Below, in pieces: positions 19,557 to 29,322 of a DNA stretch of 64,000 nucleotides. This DNA comes from a virus (Duplodnaviria > Heunggongvirae > Uroviricota > Caudoviricetes): the IMG/VR virus record IMGVR_UViG_3300010049_000009, positions 224,001-288,000 of that record. The stretch is one strand, 5' to 3'. Below the pieces are notes generated by a model. It was not told the DNA's origin. It did not search any database and saw only the letters and a list, made by a program, of their open reading frames with translations. The position numbers and the translations under genes are program-made. The stretch's first letter is position 1. Each line of letters begins with the position of its first letter.

Positions 19557-20438
19557 ATGGTAAAGAAAATAATAATGATAGCGGACATACATATCAAATG
19601 TAACCGCTTACACGAAGAATATCAAGAGGTTTTAACAAACTTCATAGAAGATATTAAACCAATATGTGATGAAGAAACATTGATATTGGTGGCGGGTGAT
19701 ATTGTGGATAATTTCGTTAATATTTCTAACGAATTGGAAATAATTGTATCATGGTTCCTCAAAGAATTGGATAAAATATGTCCTACTATTGTAATAGCAG
19801 GTAATCACGATTGCACACGCGGTAATTTAACCAAGACTGACACATTAACACCAATATTCAAAATGGTGGATTTCCGTCAGACACGGTTTTTAGACATGGA
19901 ATTAGAATATAAATCAGGTATCATTGAATACGATAATAAGTTTTCTTTTGCTGTTTATAGTCTTTTTGATGGGTATAGAGAACCCGATATAAAAACATAT
20001 AAGAAAAACAACCCCGATAAGGTTGTAATTGGATTATTTCACGGTGCACTTGTAGGAAGTAAAACCCCAATCGGTTTCACAATGGAAAAGGGGAGTAATT
20101 CAAACATATTCGGAGATTGCGACTTGGTATTGGCGGGGGATATTCACATGCCCCAAACAATAATATTAAAGAATAATACTGAAACTATATTGAGACAAGA
20201 AAAACAATTCCCATTAAAGTTTCATTATTCGGGAAGTCTTATTCCCCAAAATTACGGTGAAAAAATTGATGGTCATGGGTACTCAATAATAACACCAATT
20301 TGGTATCTAAATGGCGATAGAGTACCGGAGTTTAAAATAGAACACGTAGAAGTGGAAAACCCATACAAACTATATTCTTTTGAAGTAAACAGTTTGGAAG
20401 ATATAGAAAATAATTTGGAATCATTAACCAATAAATGA
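19557..20438 (+). CDS. sbcD: SbcD/Mre11/gp47-like metallophosphoesterase nuclease
   Basis: DIH, GD, GNHD, HG, GDIH, YSGS motifs; near sbcC. Confidence 0.9.
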   Translation: MVKKIIMIADIHIKCNRLHEEYQEVLTNFIEDIKPICDEETLILVAGDIVDNFVNISNELEIIVSWFLKELDKICPTIVIAGNHDCTRGNLTKTDTLTPIFKMVDFRQTRFLDMELEYKSGIIEYDNKFSFAVYSLFDGYREPDIKTYKKNNPDKVVIGLFHGALVGSKTPIGFTMEKGSNSNIFGDCDLVLAGDIHMPQTIILKNNTETILRQEKQFPLKFHYSGSLIPQNYGEKIDGHGYSIITPIWYLNGDRVPEFKIEHVEVENPYKLYSFEVNSLEDIENNLESLTNK

Positions 20439-20974
20439 CAAAGATAAATGATTATAAAGAAGATTTTAAATTCGCAAATAACCCAATAACTCAAAAACAA
20501 TTAGATCAAGTATATAAAGAAGTCTTTTTTCCAACATTAAAAGAAATAGAACTTATTGAAGATAAAAAAAGACAGTTTGAATTAGGTATAGATAAAATAA
20601 TACACTTTGATTGTAATAATTATATTACGTTAGAAGAAAAAATGCGTAGAAGCGCATATAACGATATATTAATCGAAAGATACCATATTGATAACAATGG
20701 TAAGAAAACAGCAGGTTGGTTATATAAAACCCGATGTGATATTCTTTCCTACTCAATATGCCCAAACGATATACTTGAAACACTATATTTAATACCATTT
20801 GTTTCATTGAGAATGGCATGGGAAAATAATCGGAAAGAGTGGGAAACCAAGTTTCAAATAAAAGGTGCTAATAATCGCACCCACATTACATATAACACCC
20901 CAATACCGATTAATGTCCTAACAAAAGAAATTCGAGATTTGAAAGTTTGGAAAAAAAATGTAGGTTTGTTATAA
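20435..20974 (+). CDS. Putative PD-(D/E)xK-fold nuclease
   Basis: GID...LEEK core followed by DILIE and GWLY...CD, typical of phage restriction-endonuclease-like proteins. Confidence 0.55.
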   Translation: MTKINDYKEDFKFANNPITQKQLDQVYKEVFFPTLKEIELIEDKKRQFELGIDKIIHFDCNNYITLEEKMRRSAYNDILIERYHIDNNGKKTAGWLYKTRCDILSYSICPNDILETLYLIPFVSLRMAWENNRKEWETKFQIKGANNRTHITYNTPIPINVLTKEIRDLKVWKKNVGLL

Positions 20975-21000
20975 ATAACATAATAATAAAAATAATAATC

Positions 21001-21291
21001 ATGGTATTAGAATTAAAAACCAAAGAAGCAAAAATCGAATATGAAATATATAGACGTTTGTTTGCTGCATCAACACCACCAGGTGATTTTGACGAATTGG
21101 TTGCCAACGCAACAATAGACGAAAAGGGACAACGCCACATACCATTTATGGATTATGAAATAAGTCATAATGATATGGATGCTATTATTGACGCTGTTAT
21201 GAAAGAATACAAAGTCAAGAAAAGTATGCGAGGTGTGTACAAAACAAGAGTTTATTTGGGTTGTTCACCAAAAAGTAAAGTCGAAAAATAA
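21001..21291 (+). CDS. Hypothetical protein
   Basis: ATG at 21001 after an A/T-rich leader; ends LGCSPK. Confidence 0.65.
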   Translation: MVLELKTKEAKIEYEIYRRLFAASTPPGDFDELVANATIDEKGQRHIPFMDYEISHNDMDAIIDAVMKEYKVKKSMRGVYKTRVYLGCSPKSKVEK

Positions 21292-21310
21292 TCTAAAAAA
21301 AAATTGATAT

Positions 21311-22162
21311 ATGCCTATAAAACCATCCAACCACGACAGGTCGGGGTATGAATATTACACCAAAGAAGAAACAGTTAGAAAAATAATTTATCATTATGAT
21401 TATCATTTCCGTAAAAGTGATATAATATGGTTGCCATTTAACAGTGAAGATAAACCCATATTTAAAATAATGTCGGAAAGATACCCAAATAAACGGGTGA
21501 TAACCAACCCCCACAAAAAAGAGTGGTACAACGAAAATATTGGTTGTTATGACTTTTGGGAATGGGTGGATGACGCGGAGTTTAGAACTATGATTCTGAA
21601 TAATAGGGTAATGGTATTTGATAATCCACCATTTAAAGGTGCTACGAATGTGATGCGAAATCTATTAATAGCGAGAGAACGTAATAAAAACCTTAATTTC
21701 ATTCTATTTAGTGACGCAATGACCGGTATGAATAAGGTTACTTCGCTCAATAAGAATGGTGCTATTGCTTATCACATATTGGGTAATGTTGAATTTGATA
21801 ACACCCAAGATAAAGATAAACGTATCAGTATTGCATTATTTTCTAATCTATTCGAGGAAATAAAATTTGTATATGGTATCGGCATTGATCAACGTGATAG
21901 AAATGGTATTCAACATTGGTCTGAAAGGTGTAATCTTCATAAATACAGAGACGAGCGTGGTGGACAGATTAGTTCTGCTGAATTAATTAACGTTTGTGCC
22001 AGGGGTACACCCGAATTAGGTGGTTATGAATTTAAGTTAAATAGATTTGATTTCACCCAAAAGTGTGTGAAGTTTGGGGGTTGTGCAATATACAACTTTG
22101 AAACCGATGAGGAAATGGAAAAACTTAACCAAAAGTTAGGTTTAGAAAACAGATATGGGTAA
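21311..22162 (+). CDS. Putative adenine-specific DNA methyltransferase
   Basis: EYYT, IWLPFN (degenerate motif I), FDNPPF (motif IV). Confidence 0.6.
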   Translation: MPIKPSNHDRSGYEYYTKEETVRKIIYHYDYHFRKSDIIWLPFNSEDKPIFKIMSERYPNKRVITNPHKKEWYNENIGCYDFWEWVDDAEFRTMILNNRVMVFDNPPFKGATNVMRNLLIARERNKNLNFILFSDAMTGMNKVTSLNKNGAIAYHILGNVEFDNTQDKDKRISIALFSNLFEEIKFVYGIGIDQRDRNGIQHWSERCNLHKYRDERGGQISSAELINVCARGTPELGGYEFKLNRFDFTQKCVKFGGCAIYNFETDEEMEKLNQKLGLENRYG

Positions 22163-22379
22163 ACAAGTATATATAACAGAAAAACAAATTGGTGTAATTG
22201 TCAAAGTTCTTTATACACTTGAAAATGTAACAGCGGTCGAACCGTTTGGAGAAGAGGCTGACGAAGCAACAATAGCAGCATATCATCAGGATATTGAAGA
22301 TAGAGACGAAATGCGAAAATTACTTGTAAAGTATTACGGTAAAGCAATACCCACCCTTCTTAAATATTTTGATGATTAA
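22155..22379 (+). CDS. Small protein with KxxITExQ leader; putative internal head protein
   Basis: MGKQVYITEKQ...TLE, matching the leaders at 50563 and 50890. Confidence 0.55.
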   Translation: MGKQVYITEKQIGVIVKVLYTLENVTAVEPFGEEADEATIAAYHQDIEDRDEMRKLLVKYYGKAIPTLLKYFDD

Positions 22380-24325
22380 TAACCTTGTTTAAATGGGTTA
22401 TATGTGTGATAATTTGAACCACAATTTACCGGAGCAGCATAAAAATTCCGTTTTTCTTTTTCTCTGTTTACCGTAGCGGTTCTTAAAAACCCAACAGGTT
22501 TTCTTTTTTCAGGAACAACTTCTTGTGTGTTTTGATTAGTTTTATTATCTACTAATGTTTTCGACCAATCCCTTGCAAATAACCCCAATGTTAGTTTAGT
22601 TTTGTTTTTTTGTGTTTCACCCTTTACAATATAATGTTCAAACACATATACACCCATTGCTAATGCCATTAAGGTATCGTCATGACAACCGTTGGCGTGA
22701 TCAACCTTACCATTCTTTATAATCCACGTTTCCGCTTCTGCGATAGTCCTCACACTTCTAATTCGGAGTGTATTGTGAGTTAACATTTCGATAAATTTGG
22801 AAATCATAAATGTACGCTGACCCTTTATGTGCATACCAGGTATTTTTTCAGACTGTGGTGTTTCAAATTCCTTCTTACTATCATCTTTAAGATACTCCTT
22901 ATTAACATTTATACCATAATATATGTTGGGATATTTCCTTGCAACCAACGCTAAACTCACTATTTCACCATAACCATTTGTATTATCTGTGATTATGAGT
23001 GCTTCATTATATATCAAACCATATTTATATGCTATATCGGCGACAATATCACCGGTCATTCTACCTTCAAATTCCGCCACTTGTTCAATGTATTTATCCC
23101 CCGTATCTTCATCAATAGCATCTACGTCTATAATTTCAATAGCAGAATTATCACCCGCATCACCACGTGATAGGTCGGCGGTGAGAATATACCTGTGTCC
23201 TGGAATAGGATATTTCCATATTCTCATTTCAGGATAAAGTGGGTCTGTTTTATAGTTTTCCGAAACGTTTTTATTACGCTGCATTTCTATAACTTCGGGT
23301 TTGATTGCTGTGTTACCTGAACCTAAAAACGAACATTCTAACTCCTGTGCTATTTTAACGGCATCGTTGTTTGAAGCATTACATTCACTAATATACCACG
23401 GTGATATTGCTCTCCAACCATCAGATTCCATTCTTTTCCAACGCTCCGGATCATACTTAACGTCACCCCCCTTATTAATTATTGTGTCTTCATCCCAAAT
23501 CTTTGTAACAATTTCTTCCCCCTTTTTATTGATACCGGGTACTTCTTTCCACCATTTGAGGTATTTGTTAAATCGTGGGTCATGATACCACTTCAAATAA
23601 GTAATCTTATAGTTATTTTTACCTAATTCTGCATTATGATATGTCTGATAATATAACTTATCTTTAAGATTAGGTGTGGATATCATTATAATACGTTTAT
23701 CCTTCACAGTACCAGCTGTTCTGATTACAGAAGCAGCAACCTCATCACCACGTTCAATAAACGCAGCCTCATCAAGCATAATAATTGAAGCAGCAGATAT
23801 ACCACGAGCGGCGTTAGGACCCGAACTTCTTGCATAAACTTTACAACTATTGAATAATTCTAACTCTTCTTGTGTGTTTTTGAGAAAAATATCTTTTTTA
23901 TTTACTAACTCACCCTCTTCATTTACATAATCTTTATCGGGGTGATAATAATCTTCACCAAAAAACCAACGTGGGGTTTGTTCAATAAAGGCTTTTACTT
24001 TACTTAAATCATCCTTTGACATACCCAATTTGTTAGTAACAATTACCGCTGTTTCCATTTTACCGGTAGGACATAATACCAAACTAGCAGCAATCCACGC
24101 ACAGGTAACAGTTGAATAACCCGATTGTCGGGGTTTTAATACAATTGAATTTTGATTATTAGCAATATTATATAAAAACTCTTTCTGTTTTGGAAAGAGT
24201 TTAAACTGTACACTCCGCTCTTGGGTGGCATCATACGTTGTTAAAAAATTTTCAATAAAATATATTCTACTTTTATCTTGAAAACATTTAACATATTCTT
24301 CTATTTGTTGTTCTTGTGTTATCAT
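22376..24325 (-). CDS. terL: Terminase large subunit (T4 gp17-like)
   Basis: KPRQSGYST Walker A, IMLDEAAF Walker B, ISTPN motif III, RNase H-like ADLSRGDAGDNS and HDDTLMALA. Confidence 0.93.
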   Translation of the reverse strand: MITQEQQIEEYVKCFQDKSRIYFIENFLTTYDATQERSVQFKLFPKQKEFLYNIANNQNSIVLKPRQSGYSTVTCAWIAASLVLCPTGKMETAVIVTNKLGMSKDDLSKVKAFIEQTPRWFFGEDYYHPDKDYVNEEGELVNKKDIFLKNTQEELELFNSCKVYARSSGPNAARGISAASIIMLDEAAFIERGDEVAASVIRTAGTVKDKRIIMISTPNLKDKLYYQTYHNAELGKNNYKITYLKWYHDPRFNKYLKWWKEVPGINKKGEEIVTKIWDEDTIINKGGDVKYDPERWKRMESDGWRAISPWYISECNASNNDAVKIAQELECSFLGSGNTAIKPEVIEMQRNKNVSENYKTDPLYPEMRIWKYPIPGHRYILTADLSRGDAGDNSAIEIIDVDAIDEDTGDKYIEQVAEFEGRMTGDIVADIAYKYGLIYNEALIITDNTNGYGEIVSLALVARKYPNIYYGINVNKEYLKDDSKKEFETPQSEKIPGMHIKGQRTFMISKFIEMLTHNTLRIRSVRTIAEAETWIIKNGKVDHANGCHDDTLMALAMGVYVFEHYIVKGETQKNKTKLTLGLFARDWSKTLVDNKTNQNTQEVVPEKRKPVGFLRTATVNREKEKRNFYAAPVNCGSNYHTYNPFKQGY

Positions 24326-24398
24326 AATCGTATTTCATAATTTTGTTTTTATAAAATAAAATTATTCTATTACATTCAAACTATTATTCTTTATTTTT

Positions 24399-27011
24399 TT
24401 AAGAATTTCGTGAAATATAATCATCAAGTTCTGCCGACGTATCACGGATTGTGGGTGCTTCACCTTCACCATCCCAATCATTATCAGGGTGATTTTCTTC
24501 CGCTTCATTACTTCTAAGTGTTGCTTTTATTGCATTTTCCACTCTTTTAACAGTTTTAACATCTAATGGTTTAGTATCACTACCACCACACCAAGCAGTT
24601 GAAAGACCTTCTATGTAATCATAATCAAGTGTATCATTCGGGTCTAATTCGTCAAGAATGTCGCGTAATGATGTTGTTGTCATTGCTACCGCAGGTTTTG
24701 TTGGTGCAGTTGATTGAACATTTTGACCGAACAACTCCTTTCTTATCAACATATCCAATTTGTCAGAAGACATAATAGCCAATTTTGGGTTATTTAACCA
24801 TTTAAAAATTTTCTCTGTTGGTAATTGTTCGTGCGAAAATTCGTCTTTTTGAATTTGTGTAATTCTATTTATTATTCGTTTTCTATCTTTTTCTAAAAGC
24901 GGTGATTGCAACATTTGTGATTTAATTTCTAATTTCAAGTGCATCATATCAGTAAAATCCGACACACTTAAAGATAACCATTTTTTAATTTGGTTTCTTA
25001 ATGCTCTTTCACCATCATTTGCACCACCCCTTGAAGTATTTGTTTTGATCAAATTACCACGTGAATCATATGCAAAAAGTCTATTAGAATTTTTATCGAG
25101 AGTGTTTGTTGTTAAATCCCCATCATCTTTTAAACTATCATAATCATATAGTTGTTCACCTTTCTTCGCTTTACGTGTTGGACCAGAAGATAAATCAACA
25201 TTGGGTATAAATTCTTTTTCTTCGTCTTCGTTTAGTTTTTTACGTTTTAGAGATTCTTGTATATCACCACCAAACATTTCAGATACTATTCTTTTTAATG
25301 TTGAATTATCAACCTTATATTTTTTCATTATAATATCAGCATATGTTTCATCAGTAAGTATGTTTTTAATATAACTTCTTATTTCTGTACTTTCTTCGGG
25401 TGTATTATCACGTTTTGTTGATTTCTTTTCTTCATAAAACCACTCACCAATTCTTGCGTGAATATAAACCATAGCGTTCTTCATTGCTGCTTTTTCAATA
25501 AGTTCTTCCTGCGCATCAGGCGACATTTTTGTCCAACCCGCGCCAAATATACCATATTCTTCCCCACCAGGATTATAAACCTGTGCTTCGCGGTCGTAAT
25601 TTTTACTTCCTTTGAATTTAACATAGTAACCATCTTTAAACTCCATATGATGTAGGGTTTTTAAGTGTGTAATTAAACTCTCAAAACTTTTTTTATCATT
25701 TTCATCTAAACTTTCAATTTGTTCTTGGTTTGTACCAACAATTTTATCAATAAACCTATTAAGTGCGGGTGAAGAATCATATGCTCTCGTTATTCTTCTA
25801 TCAGGATTAAATGGGAGAGAAGGTAATATATCTTTTCTATCCATAATATCATCACGCATTTCCTTATCAGATTGTCCACCTAAAAGGTGTTCTTTCATTT
25901 TTAATTCATTTTCCGCTTCATAATCTTCTATTGCAAACTGAATTTCCATATCTATTGCTTCGGCAACAGTAGTGTATTCTGATAAATCATCCTCTATTTT
26001 CTTTATTTCACCCTTATCTTCCCAATTAGGGTGTTTGCGTTTAAATGCATCAACGTCATTATTTGGTATATCATACTCTTTTCCTGTTCCGTGAACCACA
26101 AACTGATACCTTGTTTCTGCTGCCGAAGGATCACCATCTTCATCCTCATATTTAATATACATTGTATCAAACTTACTAGTATCGAAACCGTCTTTGGTGG
26201 TAAAATCATTTCCTCTAAAAACATCTCTTACTTTTCCAACATATGTTTCATTTCCTTCCACATTCTTATTCGATCTATCTCGTTTGTCAGGTGTTTCTTT
26301 ATAAACCCTATCTATAATTCTATTTAAAATAGATGTTACGACCTGTGTGTCTTCATTAGTTTCTACTTTAATACCCTTTTCGGAAAGACGTTTCATTATA
26401 TATGCCGAAAACGCACTTGCTTGGTTATGTTGAATTGTTTTTTCGGGTGCAACATTGGGGTCTTCATCATCACCCATTGCTTCTTGCGCCGCCCTTTTTA
26501 TCACGTCTTGTTCCAATTGTTGTGCCATTATATTTTTAGCGCGCTTGTTGGTATCACTTTGTTTACCCGCATCATTTCTTTGATCAGTGGTTCGTCTTGA
26601 TAACCATATTGGTTCTTTGGTTGGTGTACCATCTTCTCTTGTAAATTCTATTTCAATAGGATTACAATCCGCATCAACATAATATTGACTTCCTCTACCA
26701 CCCCTTTCACAATCACTACCAACTATTTGGGCAACATAAACATTGTCGTTACCAAAATGGGGTTTCATTATTGTTGTTTTTCCTGTTTTTGAATTATTTT
26801 TTATTTTTTGTGCAGGTCTCAACATACCACCAAATACTTCCCCCTTTTCCCCATATCTTGGAACTTTAAACGATATGGGCATGTCAGTTCTAGGTAAACT
26901 ATAAGGGACACCATTTGATTCACCTCTTGACGGTGCTTCCTCATCAGTTGTTTTACGGTTTGCTTCGTTTATCGGATTTTTTTGGACTTTAATCCATTCA
27001 TTTGTTATCAT
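24399..27011 (-). CDS. Large hydrophilic hypothetical protein (870 aa); possible internal virion protein
   Basis: Long ORF preceded by CTATTTAT; carries PINE, IQE and LNE sites. Confidence 0.75.
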   Translation of the reverse strand: MITNEWIKVQKNPINEANRKTTDEEAPSRGESNGVPYSLPRTDMPISFKVPRYGEKGEVFGGMLRPAQKIKNNSKTGKTTIMKPHFGNDNVYVAQIVGSDCERGGRGSQYYVDADCNPIEIEFTREDGTPTKEPIWLSRRTTDQRNDAGKQSDTNKRAKNIMAQQLEQDVIKRAAQEAMGDDEDPNVAPEKTIQHNQASAFSAYIMKRLSEKGIKVETNEDTQVVTSILNRIIDRVYKETPDKRDRSNKNVEGNETYVGKVRDVFRGNDFTTKDGFDTSKFDTMYIKYEDEDGDPSAAETRYQFVVHGTGKEYDIPNNDVDAFKRKHPNWEDKGEIKKIEDDLSEYTTVAEAIDMEIQFAIEDYEAENELKMKEHLLGGQSDKEMRDDIMDRKDILPSLPFNPDRRITRAYDSSPALNRFIDKIVGTNQEQIESLDENDKKSFESLITHLKTLHHMEFKDGYYVKFKGSKNYDREAQVYNPGGEEYGIFGAGWTKMSPDAQEELIEKAAMKNAMVYIHARIGEWFYEEKKSTKRDNTPEESTEIRSYIKNILTDETYADIIMKKYKVDNSTLKRIVSEMFGGDIQESLKRKKLNEDEEKEFIPNVDLSSGPTRKAKKGEQLYDYDSLKDDGDLTTNTLDKNSNRLFAYDSRGNLIKTNTSRGGANDGERALRNQIKKWLSLSVSDFTDMMHLKLEIKSQMLQSPLLEKDRKRIINRITQIQKDEFSHEQLPTEKIFKWLNNPKLAIMSSDKLDMLIRKELFGQNVQSTAPTKPAVAMTTTSLRDILDELDPNDTLDYDYIEGLSTAWCGGSDTKPLDVKTVKRVENAIKATLRSNEAEENHPDNDWDGEGEAPTIRDTSAELDDYISRNS

Positions 27012-27030
27012 ATCAAATATTATTTTTTTT

Positions 27031-27038
27031 ATAAATAG
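27031..27038 (-). promoter_or_regulatory. CTATTTAT late-type promoter motif
   Basis: About 20 nt upstream of ATG 27011. Confidence 0.55.
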
Positions 27039-27100
27039 TATTTTATATGTAATTTTATAGGGATAGTATTAAAATCTCATAAACTAAATAATATACCGAT

Positions 27101-27286
27101 ATGCAAGTAGTAACTATTAGTATCAATGTAATGCACGAACTTATACAGAAAGCAGCACTTATGGGTATTGAAAAAGCACTTAAAGTAAATGTTAGGGGTC
27201 ACAGCACCCTTCCCGAAAGAAATATTGAACGTGCAAATAATATTGCAAACAAAATTATGGTTGATAACTTTCTATTACTCCCATAG
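27101..27286 (+). CDS. Hypothetical protein
   Basis: 61-aa ORF with A-rich leader. Confidence 0.5.
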   Translation: MQVVTISINVMHELIQKAALMGIEKALKVNVRGHSTLPERNIERANNIANKIMVDNFLLLP

Positions 27287-27287
27287 G

Positions 27288-27314
27288 ATCGGATTATTAT
27301 TTTGTTCTTTTATT
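27288..27314 (+). promoter_or_regulatory. ATCGGATTA-N12-TTTATT promoter
   Basis: One of 8 copies with identical 12-nt spacing. Confidence 0.7.
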
Positions 27315-27340
27315 CGCTGTAAATTTAAAAATTGAAATTT

Positions 27341-27631
27341 ATGTTTTGTAAAGGAATGAGAACAGATATGGGAGATTTCCCAATTAGTCCATTGAACCCA
27401 CTCATAGTAACGCGGGTTGTTGATGGTAAAATATTTCAGCGCGCATACACATTTAGTGCGAAGGCGGAGCTCGAAGCATTTGTTGAAGACAATTTGGTCT
27501 TTGATGATGGAAGAACACTGATAGGGGTGTGGAAGGGTGAATGGCGAAGTGATGTGTTTGAGTTGGATTTCAACACAATTATTCCAAAAGTAATTGCATT
27601 TGGTAGAAATTATAAAACGTTTAAATATTAA
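27341..27631 (+). CDS. Hypothetical protein
   Basis: ORF downstream of promoter motif; GVWKGEWRSDVF motif. Start uncertain (27341 or 27356). Confidence 0.6.
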   Translation: MFCKGMRTDMGDFPISPLNPLIVTRVVDGKIFQRAYTFSAKAELEAFVEDNLVFDDGRTLIGVWKGEWRSDVFELDFNTIIPKVIAFGRNYKTFKY

Positions 27632-27637
27632 ATAATT

Positions 27638-27883
27638 ATGGTTGATTTTGTAGTAAAATCCCCTGAGGGAAGAATAGCAGTAGTTGCTTCACGGCAAAAA
27701 TTTAAGTATATTAAAGCCGGATACGTTGACTTCGGTCAACTCGATTTATCAAACACCGATGTAAAACACCTCTTACATAAAGGTTATACCAAAGAAGAGA
27801 TTTTTGCAATGGGTGTTCAAAAACATGTCAAACTAGAAAAAAGAATTAAAAATGGCAAAGAACATTTTTTCACAGTCAAGTAA
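27638..27883 (+). CDS. Hypothetical protein
   Basis: 81-aa ORF in operon. Confidence 0.55.
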   Translation: MVDFVVKSPEGRIAVVASRQKFKYIKAGYVDFGQLDLSNTDVKHLLHKGYTKEEIFAMGVQKHVKLEKRIKNGKEHFFTVK

Positions 27884-29261
27884 GTATAATCCTAACTACG
27901 CAACGCGGGTTATTAGGATTGATAACATTAGAAATCACCCCAACGCCGATAAACTCGATATTATCACTGTAACAGGCGACAATATTATAGTTGCAAGGGA
28001 TAGTGTGAAAGTTGGTGATTTAATGGTGTTTTGTGGGGTTGAATCTGCTCTGAATTTGGATTTTTTACGTGTAAATAACCAATTTCGTGATAAGGAAGCA
28101 AACGCAAATACCACAGAAACCGGTTTCTTTGAAGATAAAGGTCGTGTAAAAGCAATCAAACTTCGTAATGAAATCTCAACAGGATTTTTGTTTCCCATAT
28201 CTTGGTTAAATGTGTGGCAACCCGAATTAAATCTAAATAAAATTGAGGATTATATTGGGATAGGATTTGACGAAGTCGGCGGACAACTCTTTTCAAAGAA
28301 ATATGTTGTTTATAAACGCGAACCAGGTATGTCAGGTGGTGGTAAAAACAGACGTAACAACAAACTGAAACAGTTTGATAAACTCATTGAAAATCAGTTT
28401 TCGTTTCATTACGATACCGCAAGAGTTGTTGATAATATGTACAAAATAGCACCTGATGATGTTATTGCGATAACAAGTAAATTTCATGGTAGTAGTGTCA
28501 TTGCCGGATATGTTTTGACAAATAAACAATTGTCTTGGTTTGAAAAACTCTTATTAAGATTGGGTGTAAAAATTGAAACAAAACAATACGACTATGTTTA
28601 TTCAAGTCGTGGTGTTATCAAAAATCGCTATATCAACAAAGATGTTGGAAGTGGTTTCTATGCAACCGATATTTGGACATTCGCAGGGGAAGAATTGAAA
28701 CCATTCTTACACAAAGGACAAACCGTTTATGCTGAACTTTGTGGATATGAACCCGGAACGAAGAAGTTCATTCAAAAAGACCACGATTATTTCAACAATG
28801 AGGGTGAAATGTCAATCCACATTTATCGTATCACTTCGACCAATGAGGATGGTGTTGTTCACGAATGGACAGTAAAACAAATTCAAGGTTGGTGTCAAAA
28901 AATGGGATTAATAATTCCACATTTGGAATTAACTGCGATTACTCCTGCAAAAACCCGAATTATGCCGGTGAAAGAATTGTACTACGGCAAAGCAAAGGAT
29001 GTGTTTCCCGAATTAGCGGTTGAAGAACATTGGCACAGAAATTTTGCTGATATGTTATCAAAAGATACTGAAAGATTCTCTATGGAGTTAAATTCTCCCG
29101 ACTGTCGCAATCGTGTTCCTCATGAGGGTGTGTGTATTCGTAATGAAAGTAAGGGTTATCCTGCTCTGAAAATGAAAACCAAAGCACACTTCCTAATGGA
29201 AACCCAAAACATGGATAAAGGTGAAGTGGATATTGAAAGTGTAGAATCCGAAGAAGTTTAA
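27852..29261 (+). CDS. ATP-dependent RNA ligase with N-terminal tRNA-binding OB fold (DRB0094/Rnl2-like)
   Basis: N-terminal IRNHPNADKLDI...VKAIKLRNEISTG (tRNA_bind-like); ligase motifs KFHGSS, YAELCG, EGVCIR, KMK. Confidence 0.8.
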   Translation: MAKNIFSQSSKYNPNYATRVIRIDNIRNHPNADKLDIITVTGDNIIVARDSVKVGDLMVFCGVESALNLDFLRVNNQFRDKEANANTTETGFFEDKGRVKAIKLRNEISTGFLFPISWLNVWQPELNLNKIEDYIGIGFDEVGGQLFSKKYVVYKREPGMSGGGKNRRNNKLKQFDKLIENQFSFHYDTARVVDNMYKIAPDDVIAITSKFHGSSVIAGYVLTNKQLSWFEKLLLRLGVKIETKQYDYVYSSRGVIKNRYINKDVGSGFYATDIWTFAGEELKPFLHKGQTVYAELCGYEPGTKKFIQKDHDYFNNEGEMSIHIYRITSTNEDGVVHEWTVKQIQGWCQKMGLIIPHLELTAITPAKTRIMPVKELYYGKAKDVFPELAVEEHWHRNFADMLSKDTERFSMELNSPDCRNRVPHEGVCIRNESKGYPALKMKTKAHFLMETQNMDKGEVDIESVESEEV

Positions 29262-29266
29262 TTTAA

Positions 29267-29309
29267 TAAAACTACCCATATTACGGTGTGGGTAGTTTTA
29301 TTTTTTTTT
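29267..29309 (+). terminator. Intrinsic terminator
   Basis: taaaactacccata-ttacgg-tgtgggtagtttta stem followed by a T-run. Confidence 0.8.
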
Positions 29310-29310
29310 G

Positions 29311-29318
29311 TATATTTG
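29311..29318 (+). promoter_or_regulatory. Bacteroidetes-type -7 box TAnnTTTG (TATATTTG)
   Basis: Immediately upstream of the polB ATG; the same box (TATGTTTG) lies at 42254 before the phosphatase. Confidence 0.45.
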
Positions 29319-29322
29319 TACA

